Shown here: positions 10,721 through 20,606 of the stretch, in pieces | Position numbering within the stretch: position 1 is the first letter of the stretch | How the letters are laid out: every line of letters begins with the position of its first letter | DNA from: Anaeromyxobacter sp. | GTDB taxonomy: Bacteria > Myxococcota > Myxococcia > Myxococcales > Anaeromyxobacteraceae | Assembly (NCBI GenBank): GCA_049840735.1 | Contig: JASGJN010000002.1 | Location: 32,001 to 96,000 of the forward strand | Direction of reading: 5' to 3' | DNA: 64,000 bases | The notes under the pieces: generated by a model | Told to the model about the DNA's origin: nothing | The model's input: only the letters and a program-made list of their open reading frames with translations | The model's database searches: none | Made by a program: the position numbers and the translations under genes

Positions 10721-11875
10721 CTACCGGACCGGCAGTTCCCAGCCGAGCCGAAGCCCGACCACGGTCCGTCGCAGCGCGGTCGACGTGTCGTCGAGCCGCG
10801 CGAAGTGCGCCGCGGCGAGCGCGACCCGCGCGCCAGCCCCGACGTGAAGCCCCGCCTCACCGCTGAACGCCCAGCCGACGTTGGCGTTGGCGCCCGTGGG
10901 CGGCTCGCCCGAGCGCCAGATGCCCGCGTCCCCGCGCAGCTCCCAGCGCCGCCCCACCCGCCGCACCGCCCCCACCTCCGCCGAGTCGACCAGCCCGGGC
11001 GACGCGGTGGAGCCGATCCCCAGCCGATGCGCCACGGTGGTGCGCAGGTCGAACCACAGGCTCGTCACGCGCACCTCCACCCCCGCCTCCGGCACGATCG
11101 CCACCTCGTCCGGCCCGCGCCAGAGGGCCGGACCCGCGAAGGCGTCGACCTCGACCACGCGGGTCACGCGGTAGCGCAGCCGCGCCCGCAGCGCGTTGGC
11201 GAACGCCACCTGGTCGCCCTCGGGGTGGAAGTCCTGGAACACCTGGAAGGCGAACGCGCCGCCCACCGACAGGCGCGGGTCGAGGCGCCAGAGCACGTCC
11301 AGGGAGGGCGCGTGCATCATGCCGCCGGTGTGATCGTCGAACTGCGCCCCGCGCTCGATCAGGGCCACGCCCAGCACCAGGCGGGAGGTGACCTCGCCGT
11401 CCAGGCGGCCGCCGGCGTTGATCATCAGCGCCGCCTGGCGCCCCTCGCGGAAGACGCCGTTCATCGCCAGGCCCACCGGGTCGTAGGCGTAGGCCACCCG
11501 GGCCGTGCCGCGCAGCTCCAGCCGGCGCGAGGGCGTGGCCTCCACCGCGAAGGTCCCGCGCTGGTTCCAGAAGCCGTCCGGGGCGAGGTCCCGGTAGACC
11601 ACCCAGTCGCCGCCGTAGGTGGCGGACACGTCGTACAGGTGGTCCCGGACGCGCAGGCCCACGTCGGGCGAGACGCGCGAGGTCCGGTCGGCGCTGTTGC
11701 CGTCGTAGAAGACGTTCGAGTCCCAGCCCCCCTCCAGCACCACCTTGGCGATGGGCTCGACCTTCGTCTCCCCCCGCGCCGGCGCGGGCAGGAGCAGCAG
11801 GCCCAGCAGGAGGGCGGTGGCCCACGCGGTCACCGCCAGCCCGACCCGCGGGATCGCCGGCACGCGCGCGCGCAT
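10721..11875 (-). CDS. exoB: Outer-membrane beta-barrel protein of the polysaccharide export system (ExoB-like)
   Basis: ATG at 11875, signal peptide, GGWDSNVF, alternating amphipathic strands, C-terminal GLRLGWEL. Lies between the OPX and PCP genes. Confidence 0.75.
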   Translation of the reverse strand: MRARVPAIPRVGLAVTAWATALLLGLLLLPAPARGETKVEPIAKVVLEGGWDSNVFYDGNSADRTSRVSPDVGLRVRDHLYDVSATYGGDWVVYRDLAPDGFWNQRGTFAVEATPSRRLELRGTARVAYAYDPVGLAMNGVFREGRQAALMINAGGRLDGEVTSRLVLGVALIERGAQFDDHTGGMMHAPSLDVLWRLDPRLSVGGAFAFQVFQDFHPEGDQVAFANALRARLRYRVTRVVEVDAFAGPALWRGPDEVAIVPEAGVEVRVTSLWFDLRTTVAHRLGIGSTASPGLVDSAEVGAVRRVGRRWELRGDAGIWRSGEPPTGANANVGWAFSGEAGLHVGAGARVALAAAHFARLDDTSTALRRTVVGLRLGWELPVR

Positions 11876-11894
11876 CGCGTCCCCGCTCCGCGCC

Positions 11895-12467
11895 CTACGG
11901 CACGTAGAGGACATCGCCTCCCCTGAGCCAGAGCGCGCCCTTGGCCTCGCCTTCGACCAGGTCCTTGAAGGACAGCTTGACCCGGTCGGCGTGGCCGTCG
12001 GCCTTCTGCCGCAGCCAGACCACGTCATCGCCGCCGAACTCGGTGCGCCCGCCGGCCAGCGCGATGGCCTGCACCACGCTCATGGGGCCGCGCAGCGGGA
12101 AGCCGCCCGGCCTGGTCACCTCGCCCAGCACGTACACGCGGGCGCCGTTAATCTCGCGCACCAGCACCGCCACCGAGGCGTCGCGCACGTACGGCGTCAG
12201 CGCCGCGGTCAGCCCCTGCTGCAGCTCCGCCGGCGTGCGCCCCGCCGCCTCCACCTCGCCGGCCAGCGGCAGCGAGATGCGCCCGTCCGGCCGCACCGGC
12301 ACGATCCGGGTCAGCTCCGGCTCGTGCCACACCACCACCTCCAGCACGTCCTCGCGACCAATCCGGTACTCCGTGTCGGGACGATCCGGGGCCCGCTCCC
12401 CGTCGGACGTCGAAGCACAGCCCGCAGCCGCCGTCAGCCAAAGCAGCGCCCAGCCCACCCGCACCAT
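11895..12467 (-). CDS. exoA: Short OPX/Wza-family polysaccharide export lipoprotein (ExoA-like)
   Basis: ATG at 12467 after GGGGAGG, lipobox AAGC. Motifs YRIGREDVL, VRPDGRISLPLAGEV, VYVLGEV, AIALAGG. Confidence 0.9.
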   Translation of the reverse strand: MVRVGWALLWLTAAAGCASTSDGERAPDRPDTEYRIGREDVLEVVVWHEPELTRIVPVRPDGRISLPLAGEVEAAGRTPAELQQGLTAALTPYVRDASVAVLVREINGARVYVLGEVTRPGGFPLRGPMSVVQAIALAGGRTEFGGDDVVWLRQKADGHADRVKLSFKDLVEGEAKGALWLRGGDVLYVP

Positions 12468-12522
12468 CGAAGCCTCCCCCGGGACCGTCGCTCGGCCGTC
12501 CCGTCGCGCCGCCGTGGCCGGG

Positions 12523-12539
12523 AGCACAGGCCGTGCCAG
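12523..12539 (-). promoter_or_regulatory. sigma54 (-24/-12) promoter of the exo-like operon
   Basis: Minus strand reads CTGGCACGGCCTGTGCT against consensus TGGCACG-N4-TTGC, about 55 bp upstream of the OPX start. A sigma54 activator gene is adjacent. Confidence 0.75.
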
Positions 12540-12755
12540 GCGCCGCGCGGGTCGGTGGTCGCCGCTCGCCAACGTCGTCTCCGGGCGGCAGCGGCCTCGC
12601 CGCGCGGACGGGGGCCTGCCCGGCCGGTGAAGCGCGGCGGCCGCGGTGGCGAACTCGTTTCCCTCGCTGCGGAAGGCGCGTGCCCGCATTGCCGGCCGGC
12701 CGCGGGCGCCCGACGTTTCACCTGGACGCGCGCTGCGGCGCGTGGAGGGGACACG

Positions 12756-12950
12756 ATGCTGAGGGCGGCGGTCTGGACCATCGGGCTGTTTGGCGCCGGG
12801 ATGGCGGTGTGCAGGATCTTCCCGGCCGCCTGGCTCGAGCCGGTGGTGCTGTTCGGCCTGGGGGTGGCGCTGCTGGCGGTGAGCACGCGCAGCGCCAGGC
12901 CGCGGGCGCCGCGCGCCCGGGCGGTGGCGCCGAAGGAGGCCGCCGCGTGA
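12756..12950 (+). CDS. Small two-TM membrane protein (64 aa)
   Basis: GGAGGGG RBS then ATG at 12756; MLRAAVWTIGLFGAGMAVC...EPVVLFGLGVALLAVSTRSAR. Confidence 0.6.
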   Translation: MLRAAVWTIGLFGAGMAVCRIFPAAWLEPVVLFGLGVALLAVSTRSARPRAPRARAVAPKEAAA

Positions 12951-12963
12951 GCGGGGCCGTGGC

Positions 12964-14439
12964 TCAGCCGCAATCGCGGCGGGGGCCCGGCTCCTCCACC
13001 CGGGCGGCGTCCCGGGGATCGACGATCTTGCAGTCCTTGATCTTGTAGAGCAGCGCCTTGTAGCTGATCTGCAGCCGGCGGGCCGCCTTGCGCTTGTTCC
13101 AGCCGGTGCGCATCAGGGCGCGCACGATGGCCTCGCGCTCGGCGACCCGGGCCGCGCGGCGCGCCACCTCCTTGAGCGGCGCGTCCTCGGACAGCGCGAC
13201 GAAGGAGCCGTCCACCCGGGCGGTGTTGACCGCGGCGTTGAGCGGCGCCAGCCCCGGCAGCCTGGGACGGGACAGGTCCCCCAGCACCATCTCCGGGTCG
13301 CGCAGCACCACCAGCCGCCGGACCAGGTTCTCCAGCTCGCGGACGTTGCCGGGCCAGTCGTAGGCGTGGAACCGGTCCAGCACGCCGGCCGGGACCTCCT
13401 CCAGCCCTCCCCGTACCGCTTGCGGTACTTCTCCACGAAGTGGCGGACCAGCGGCGCGAATCTCCTCCTTCCGCTCGCGCAGCGGCGGGACCCGCACGGT
13501 CACCACGTTGAGCCGGTAGAACGAATCCTCGCGGAAGGCCCCCTGGCGGATGGCGGCCTCCAGGTTGCGGTTGGTGGCCGTGATCACGCGCGCGTCCACC
13601 CGGACCGGCCGCTTGCCGCCGACGCGGTAGAACTCCTCGTCCTGCAGCACCTGCAGCAGCTTGGCCTGGAGGCGCGGATCCATCTCGCCAATCTCGTCGA
13701 GGAAGATGGTCCCCTGGTGCGCCAGCTCGAACTTGCCGGGCTTCTCGGCGTGCGCGCCGGTGAAGGCCCCCTTCTCGTGGCCGAAGAGCTCGCTCTCCAG
13801 GAGCTCGCCCGGCAGCGCCGCGCAGTTGATCTTCACGAACGGGCGCGCCGAGCGGCGGCTCATGGCGTGGATGCGGCGGGCGATCACGTCCTTGCCCACG
13901 CCGCTCTCGCCCACCAGCAGGATGGGCACGTCGGTGTCGGCCACCCGCTCCACCAGCTCCCAGACCCGGTCCATGGCGCCGGAGAGCGGCGGAGGCAGCG
14001 CGTCGGGATCCGCGCCGGGGTCGGCCTCCACCGGCGCGCGCGCCGGCGCGGCCAGCTCGGGCGGCCGGGCCAGGCCGTCCAGGGCCCGGCGCAGCACCAG
14101 GTCGAGGTCCATGGGATCGAACGGCTTGGGGAGGTAGTCGGTGGCGCCGAGCTTCATGGCCCGGACCACGTCCTCCGTCTCGGACAGGCCGGAGAGGACG
14201 ATCACCGGCAGCCCGGGCTCGCGCTCGCGCAGCCGCCGCAGCACCTCGAACCCGTCCGGCGCGGGGATCACCAGGTCGAGCAGCACCGCGTCCACCCGGC
14301 TGCTCTCGGCCGCCTCCAGCGCCTCGGCCCCGCTGGCCACCGCCTTGACCCGCAGGCCTGGCCGCGCCACGAGCGCCGCCAGGGCCGTCCGTGCATCGGC
14401 GTCGTCCTCGACGACGAGGACCGTCCCTTCCTGTTCCAT
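12964..14439 (-). CDS. sigma54-dependent response regulator (REC-AAA+-HTH; NtrC/Nla type), with two compensating indels at about 13410 and 13460
   Basis: VLVVEDD, GESGVGKD, FGHEKGAFTGA, FLDEIGE, WPGNVRELEN, C-terminal HTH NKRKAARRLQISYKALLYK. Confidence 0.9.
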   Translation of the reverse strand: MEQEGTVLVVEDDADARTALAALVARPGLRVKAVASGAEALEAAESSRVDAVLLDLVIPAPDGFEVLRRLREREPGLPVIVLSGLSETEDVVRAMKLGATDYLPKPFDPMDLDLVLRRALDGLARPPELAAPARAPVEADPGADPDALPPPLSGAMDRVWELVERVADTDVPILLVGESGVGKDVIARRIHAMSRRSARPFVKINCAALPGELLESELFGHEKGAFTGAHAEKPGKFELAHQGTIFLDEIGEMDPRLQAKLLQVLQDEEFYRVGGKRPVRVDARVITATNRNLEAAIRQGAFREDSFYRLNVVTVRVPPLRERKEEIRAAGPPLRGEVPQAVRGGLEEVPAGVLDRFHAYDWPGNVRELENLVRRLVVLRDPEMVLGDLSRPRLPGLAPLNAAVNTARVDGSFVALSEDAPLKEVARRAARVAEREAIVRALMRTGWNKRKAARRLQISYKALLYKIKDCKIVDPRDAARVEEPGPRRDCG

Positions 14440-14608
14440 GGCCGTTCGCTCGCTGAAGAGGTCCGTACCGACCCTGGGAAAATGAAGCGAGCGATGCTCA
14501 CCGGCACCGGCCCAATCGCGGAGGCACCGGCAGGGGGCGCGCGCTGCACGGGGCGTGAACCCCGCCGGCCGGGTCGCGCGCTGGCCCGACCCATGCCATA
14601 CCTGGGGC

Positions 14609-14872
14609 ATGCGCCTCTCCCGTCCCCGCGTCCTGTTCCGGGTGGCCCTCCTGACCGGCCTGGGCGGGGTCCTGCTCTGGCGGGCCTGGGGGACCCGCGC
14701 CGCCGCCCTGGACGCCGGCGGAGACGCCGCGCTGCTCCGGATGGCGGTGGTCGAGGCCGCCCTGGGCGGGGTGGCCATCCTCGCGGCCGCCATGGGCCTC
14801 TTGGCGCTCCGGAAGAAGGCGCGCAAGCACACGCTCCACCTGGACGACGTCCCGCCACCGCCCAAGCCCTGA
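14609..14872 (+). CDS. Small two-TM hypothetical protein
   Basis: MRLSRPRVLFRVALLTGLGGVLLWRAW...; two hydrophobic helices and a basic tail. Confidence 0.6.
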   Translation: MRLSRPRVLFRVALLTGLGGVLLWRAWGTRAAALDAGGDAALLRMAVVEAALGGVAILAAAMGLLALRKKARKHTLHLDDVPPPPKP

Positions 14873-14901
14873 GGCGGCGGCCCTGGGCCCCGGGCGGCGC
14901 G

Positions 14902-16944
14902 TCAGTAGATGCCCGCCACCTCGGCGCCGGAGTAGTAGGCCCGCAGGATCTCGCGGTACCCCTGCCCCGCCGCGGCGCGCCCGACCGCGCCCCACTGGCA
15001 CATGCCGGCGCCGTGGCCCCAGCCGCCGCCGCGCAGCACCCACCCGCCCGCGTCGCGGTCCACCTCGAACATCGACGACGGCAGGTCGCCCAGCAGCCGG
15101 CGGATGCGCAGCTCCGGGCCGACCTCGGCCGTCCCGCGATCGCCCACCAGCCGCAGCGTGCGGACGCGGCCGGAGACGCCGCGCGCCAGCGGCTCCAGCG
15201 CGCGCACGTGGCCCACGCCCAGCGGCTCGACCAGCGCGTCCAGGCGCTCCGCGGAGAGGCGACGCTCCCAGCGGAAGCAATCGGGCCGCCCCGGCGCGCG
15301 GTTGCACCAGGCGCGCTGCGCGCCGCCCAGGAAGGCGCGCAGGCGGGCGGGATCGGCCAGCCCCTCCTCCCAGCGCGCCGCCTCGTCCGCGGGCAGGTCG
15401 GGGTGGCCCCGCAGGCTGGCGGAGGGCGCGTTGCCCCAGACCTGGTCGTTGTCCTCGCCGTGCCCGCCGCAGAGCGCCGAGTAGACCGCGTCCACCAGCC
15501 GCCGGTCGGCCTTGCCGAAGATCGCCTCGCCGCGCGTGGCCCGCACCGCCTCGTCGGTGCGCGGCGTCCGCGCCCCATCGCCCCGGTAGGCCTGGCAGTG
15601 GACCTCCGCGCAGAGCATGAAGGGGTCGGTGGCGTGGCGCGAGCCGATCTGCGCCAGCACGTTGGAGCGGGCCGTCACCGCCTGCGCCTTGAGCGCCTCC
15701 AGCGGCGAGCTGGCCGGCATCTCGCTCGGCACCAGCCCGCGCAGCAGCTCCTCCAGCGGCACGCCGTGGACCGCCGCCAGCGTGCCGCGCGCGTCGAGCG
15801 TCACGAACAGCCGCCCGCGGTAGGTCCGGTCCTCGCGGGCCAGCGCGGCCGGGCCGCGCTGGTGCTCCACCGCCTCGACGGTGAAGCCGCCGTCCGCGGC
15901 CACCTCCAGCGTGAGCGCGCTGTCGGCCTGGCCCAGCGGCGCGCCGCCCTCGGCCACGAGCTCGAGCCGGCCGGAGGGGCGCTCGGCGATCTCGCCGTGG
16001 AGCGCGCCGCGGACGCCGTGCGCGGTCCGGAGCGTCTCCAGCGCGCGCCGCGCGCCGGCCTCGCTCCCGTCCGACTCGGCCAAGAGCAGGGCGCGGCGGT
16101 TGTCCACCACCCGGCCGGCGATGCCGTAGACCGCGCCGACCAGCTTGATCCGGACCGCCACGCCGCGCGCGGCCAGGCGGCGGCGCTCGGCCTCGACGCG
16201 ATCGTAGCTGGCCACCGGCAGCTCGGAGATGACCGGCGCCCAGGTCAGCCGGGCCGGCGCCGCAGCGCTGGCGCGGACGGTGAGCCGGGTGCCGGCCGGC
16301 ACCTCGACCGCGCCGCCGCCGCGGAGCAGCACGCGCCCGGCCGAGCGGGCGCGGAAGGCGATGGCGCGCTGCCCCTCCATGAGCCGGATGGTCACCATCG
16401 GCTCGCCGCCGGCGGCGAACTCCAGCCGGTGACCCCAGAGCAGCTCCATGGGATCGGCCAGGTCCACGGCGGGCGGCGGCGGCGCGGGCGCGGGGAGCGG
16501 CGGCGGGACGGCGGCGGCCTCGCCCGGCGGTGTGGCGGCGCCGGCGGGCGCGTCGCCCGGAGCGGGCTCGGCGGCGGGCGCAACGGGCTCGCCGGCCGGA
16601 GCCGGAGCCGGGGGCTCGGCGGTGGCGCCGGGCGCGGGCGCGGCTCCTGGTGCTGGCGCCGGCGCAGCCGCTGGTGCGGCCGGCGCGGGGCTGGGCGCGG
16701 TGGCCGGCGCGGACCCGGGCTCCGGTGCGGGCTCCTGGTGCGCCGGCGCGAGCGCCGGCCCCCCGGCCGCGCACGCGGCCACGAACGCCGCCGCGACCAG
16801 GGCCGCGCAGGCGCAGCGGGCGCGCGCGGGCCGGCCCGGCCCCAGGCGGCCGTCCCGCTGCGCTTCCCCGCTCCCGCCCTCGTCCGTCCCGCTCATCCGA
16901 GGTGCGGTTCTACCGCTCCGGACCGGGGGCTGGCGAGCGCTCAT
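14902..16944 (-). CDS. SpoIID/LytB-domain lipoprotein with a Pro/Ala-rich linker (start may be near 16896)
   Basis: LEELLRGLVPSEMP, EALKAQAVTARS, HCQAYRG, GGGWGHGAGMCQWGA, ILRAYY; lipobox FVAAC. Confidence 0.85.
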   Translation of the reverse strand: MSARQPPVRSGRTAPRMSGTDEGGSGEAQRDGRLGPGRPARARCACAALVAAAFVAACAAGGPALAPAHQEPAPEPGSAPATAPSPAPAAPAAAPAPAPGAAPAPGATAEPPAPAPAGEPVAPAAEPAPGDAPAGAATPPGEAAAVPPPLPAPAPPPPAVDLADPMELLWGHRLEFAAGGEPMVTIRLMEGQRAIAFRARSAGRVLLRGGGAVEVPAGTRLTVRASAAAPARLTWAPVISELPVASYDRVEAERRRLAARGVAVRIKLVGAVYGIAGRVVDNRRALLLAESDGSEAGARRALETLRTAHGVRGALHGEIAERPSGRLELVAEGGAPLGQADSALTLEVAADGGFTVEAVEHQRGPAALAREDRTYRGRLFVTLDARGTLAAVHGVPLEELLRGLVPSEMPASSPLEALKAQAVTARSNVLAQIGSRHATDPFMLCAEVHCQAYRGDGARTPRTDEAVRATRGEAIFGKADRRLVDAVYSALCGGHGEDNDQVWGNAPSASLRGHPDLPADEAARWEEGLADPARLRAFLGGAQRAWCNRAPGRPDCFRWERRLSAERLDALVEPLGVGHVRALEPLARGVSGRVRTLRLVGDRGTAEVGPELRIRRLLGDLPSSMFEVDRDAGGWVLRGGGWGHGAGMCQWGAVGRAAAGQGYREILRAYYSGAEVAGIY

Positions 16945-17853
16945 GCACCGCCGAGCCCGGGTGGACCTCCGGCCAGGCGCCTGAAGGCCCGGTGCAGCCG
17001 CTCCGTCACCGGCCCCGGCCTGCCCGCCCCCACCTTGCGCGCGCCCACCCGGACCACCGGCAGGATCTCGCGCATGGTCGAGGTGATGAAGACCTCGTCC
17101 GCCGCGTCCAGGTCCTCCGGGCGGAGCGCCCGCTCCTCGAGCCGCGCCCCCTCGGCCCGCGCCAGCGCCAGCACCACGCCGCGGGTCACGCCCTCCAGGA
17201 TGCCGGCCGCGAGCGGCGGCGTCACCAGCACACCGTCACGCACCGTGAATAGATTGGACGAGGAGCCCTCGGTCACGAAGCCGGCCGCGTCCACCAGCAG
17301 CGCCTCGTGTGCGCCGGTGGCGCGCGCCTCCTTCACCGCCATGACGTGGCCGAGGTGGGCGCCGGTCTTGGCGCTGGGGTCCAGGCCGGCGGCGGTGCCG
17401 GGCCGGGCCAGCGCCACCGCCACGCCCTCGGCGTAGGCGCGGGCGGGGGGCGCCGAGAGCCCCTGCACGATCACGATGGCCTGCGGATCCACCGCCAGCG
17501 CCGGGTCGAGCCCGAATCTCGCCGGCGCCGCGGGTCATGACGATGCGCGCGTACCACTCGCCCTGGTTCCAGGGGGCGGCGGCCGGATCCGGCGGCGACG
17601 GCGGCAGGGCCCGCGCCGCCTCCAGCGTCCGCGCCAGCTCGCGCTCGATGCGCGGGAGGTCCCAGCGCAGCGCCAGGCCGATCCGCTCGGCGGAGTGGCG
17701 CAGCCGGGCCAGGTGCGGGCCGACCTCGAACGGCCGGCCGGCGTAGGTGCGGATCACCTCGTAGACCGAGTCGCCGTAGAGGAAGCCGCGGTCGAGGACC
17801 GACACCCGGGCCTCGGACGGCGGCACCAGCGCGCCGTCCAGGTTGACGAGCAT
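16941..17853 (-). CDS. Class IV aminotransferase (IlvE/PabC/D-amino-acid aminotransferase family), one frameshift at about 17515
   Basis: DRGFLYGDSVYE, HLARL, AKTG, TEGSSSNLF, ILEGVTR, ADEVFITST. The GATC fix gives GEIGLDP. Confidence 0.9.
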
Positions 17854-18023
17854 GGGCATTCCCTTCACATAGCGCGTCCGCCGCGCCTCGGCGCGGGGCT
17901 GGCGCCGGCGCGCCGCCCCCCGGGGAGCGCGCGTCCAGCCGTCGCGCCCCGCGCGGAGGATCCCCGCGAGATCGCGGCCGATTTCTTGACCCATCGATCC
18001 CCCGGCGATATCACCCGGAAGCG

Positions 18024-18707
18024 ATGGAAGCCGCCGTGGAGTGCACCCACTGCCGGGTGGTGATGACGAGCTGGTCGGCCCCCGGGAGCCCGATCCGCTA
18101 CTACCAGTGCCCGTTCTGCGCCCGGACCCACTCGTCGCTCTACGGCGAGGTGTTCCGGCGCCACGCCGGCGCCCGCATGGTGGACGCCCCGGCGCAGCCG
18201 GCTGCTCCGGCCGCGCTGCCCATGGCCACCGCCGAGGAGATGCGCTGGGCCAAGGTCCGCGCCAGCGCCGCCCGCTGGTTCGCCCGGCTCGAGGCGGAGG
18301 AGAAGACCCGCGCCCGCACCACCGGGCCCATCCGCCCGCTCCGCACCTCGCAGGTGAAGGTCGAGGGCGCCCCCGCCGCCCTGGCGCTCCCCAAGGTCCG
18401 CGCCCCGCGCGCCCCCGCGACGCAGGGCCCGGCGCGCGCCGCCGCCCCTCGCGCCGGCGCCGTCCGCAGCGTCAAGGTCACGCCGGCCCGCACGCCGGCG
18501 CTGGCCACCCCGCCCGCCCCCGCGCGGCCCGGGCTGGCCCGCAGCGCCGCCGCCGCGCTCCGCGCAGCGCTGCACCGGCCCGCCACCGCCCGCGCAGCGG
18601 AGGAGCTGCCCGAGGTCGATCCGGCCGACGTGGTCTCGCTCGACTTCGACGTCGACGTGGACGTCGAGGCGGTGGCCGAGGCCAAGGCGCGGCACGGGCT
18701 GCCCTGA
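18024..18707 (+). CDS. Zinc-ribbon hypothetical protein with an Ala/Pro-rich linker and acidic tail
   Basis: CTHC...CPFC pairs at the N-terminus; coding-like codon usage. Confidence 0.7.
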   Translation: MEAAVECTHCRVVMTSWSAPGSPIRYYQCPFCARTHSSLYGEVFRRHAGARMVDAPAQPAAPAALPMATAEEMRWAKVRASAARWFARLEAEEKTRARTTGPIRPLRTSQVKVEGAPAALALPKVRAPRAPATQGPARAAAPRAGAVRSVKVTPARTPALATPPAPARPGLARSAAAALRAALHRPATARAAEELPEVDPADVVSLDFDVDVDVEAVAEAKARHGLP

Positions 18708-18756
18708 ACCTTCGATCGGCGCGAGGCTGGCGAGCGGCTCCCGACGCGCGGGCCGC

Positions 18757-19735
18757 CTAGCCCCGCGCGCGGCGCCACCCGCCCAGCAGCCACGCCCAGA
18801 GCCCGCCGGCCAGCCCCAGCCCGAGGGCGGCCCGTGCCAGCGCAGGCACCGCCTCGGCCGGCGAGAACCGCGGCCTCCAGCAGCGCCGCCAGCGCCAGCG
18901 CCGGCACCACCGGGGCCAGGATCCGCGCCGCCTCGCGGCCGCGCAGCTGGACCGCGGCGGCGCGCGACAGCTCGCCGGGCTCGATCAGCGCCTGCGCCAC
19001 GGCCAGCCCGGCCTGCGCCGCCAGCAGGAAGGCCGACAGCTCCAGCGGGCCGTGCGCGGCCATGAAGCCCAGCACCGGCAGCCCCAGCCCACCCTGCCAG
19101 GCGTGGGTCAGCACCGCGCCCAGCAGGAGGCCGTTGAGCAGGAGCAGCGCCGCCGTGCCCAGCCCGGCGGTGAGGGCGCCCAGCCCGAACGCCAGCGCGG
19201 CGGCCGAGACGTTGTTGTGGGCCAGCGCGGCGCCGGAGACGCCGGGCGCGGCGGAGAGCAGGTGGCCGGTCCAGAGCCGCCCCGCGGCCACCGCGCTCCG
19301 CACCGGCTCCGGCACCAGCCAGGCGGCCGCGTCCGGCGCCCACGCCACCGCGAGCCCGCCCGCCAGCGCGCCCGCGGCGAGGAGCAGCGCCGCCAGCGCC
19401 AGCTGCGGCCGGTGGGCTTGCACCGCCAGCGGGATCTCCGCCCAGGCGCGGCGCAGCGCCGGCCCCGCGCCGCCCCGGGCGCGGCGGTGGAGGGCCGCCT
19501 GCACCCGCGCCAGCAGCTGCGACAGGTACCCCTCCGCCTCCGAGCCGCCGAAGCGGCTGCGGAGCAGCGCCAGGTCGGCGCTGGCCCGCCGCTGCAGCTG
19601 GTCCAGCTCCTCGATGTCGGCCAGCGGCAGCCGACCAGCGACGGCCCGGGCGGCCAGCGCCTCCAGCCGCTCCCAGGAGGCGCGCCGGTCGCGCACCAGC
19701 GCCGCCACGCTGCGGGGCCGGCGCGCGCCGCTCAC
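18757..19735 (-). CDS. Stage II sporulation protein M (SpoIIM/DUF95) family membrane protein, one frameshift at about 18866
   Basis: GTG at 19735. Motifs HNNVSAA, LLNGLLLG, AHGPLELSA. Removing one base gives EAAVSP...LWAWLLGGWRRARG and a stop at 18757. Confidence 0.8.
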
Positions 19736-20481
19736 CCGGCCTCCGCGTGGTAGGCCGCCAGCGCCTCCAGGAACGGCTCCGGCGCGAGCCCGCCGGCGTC
19801 GATCCCTGCGCGGCGGGCCAGCGCCGGGACCAGCCGCGCCGCCAGCGCGGCCCGCGCCGCAGGGTCCAGCTCCGGCCGGCGGCGCAGGAAGTCCGCCAGC
19901 TGCTCCCAGTCGGCCGCCGGCAGGGGCTGCAACGGCCGGCGCCGCAGCGCGCCCAGCGCCGCGGCCCCGTCGGGCGTCGCCAGGTAGCGCGAGAGGTCGT
20001 AGCGCCGCTCGCGGATCACCAGCGTGCCGCCCACCAGATCGCCCAGCCGTTGCCGCCGCGCGCCCAGCGCCACCGCCAGGATGGCCGGGGCGTAGGCCAG
20101 CGGCAGCTCCACCGCCCGCAGCAGGTTGCGGACCAGCGAGGCGCCCGCCCCGACCGGCGTCCCGTCCACCCGGACCACGCGGAGGCCCGCCAGCCGCTTC
20201 CCCGGGGTGCGCCCCTGCCCCAGCACCTCCCAGGCCACGTCCCAGCCCCAGCCGCCCAGGAACACGCCCGCCACCAGCAGCAGCTGCCCCAGCCACGGGA
20301 GCGCCACCACGTCGTCGTAGAGGTCGCCGGAGAAGGAGTAGACCAGCAGCGCCGTCACCCAGCAGAGCAGGAGGCAGCCGGCGTCGGCCATCCAGGCCAG
20401 CGCGCGGGCCCCCACGCCGGCCAGCTCCAGCGTCAGCGCGACGCGCTCGGCGGTCTGGAAGCGGAGCTCGGGGGTGGGCAC
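19732..20481 (-). CDS. RDD-family membrane protein
   Basis: AGVGARALAWMAD, GRTPGKRLAGLRVV, RNLLR, QRLGDLVGGTLVI; typical partner of SpoIIM. Confidence 0.85.
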   Translation of the reverse strand: MPTPELRFQTAERVALTLELAGVGARALAWMADAGCLLLCWVTALLVYSFSGDLYDDVVALPWLGQLLLVAGVFLGGWGWDVAWEVLGQGRTPGKRLAGLRVVRVDGTPVGAGASLVRNLLRAVELPLAYAPAILAVALGARRQRLGDLVGGTLVIRERRYDLSRYLATPDGAAALGALRRRPLQPLPAADWEQLADFLRRRPELDPAARAALAARLVPALARRAGIDAGGLAPEPFLEALAAYHAEAG

Positions 20482-20606
20482 GGGGCGATCCTACCGCACC
20501 GTAACCTGTGCAGTACCTATCAACGTGCAGTGGAGGGCAGGCGTAGGGGGACCCCGGCGCTCAGCGGAACGGGGGCGTGCGCAGGTGAGCTACCTCTACC
20601 TCGGTC

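Noticed and set aside
14902..20481. SpoIID and SpoIIM as evidence of endospore-type sporulation
   Set aside because: Both families are widespread in non-sporulating bacteria, and SpoIIM with RDD is a common pair.
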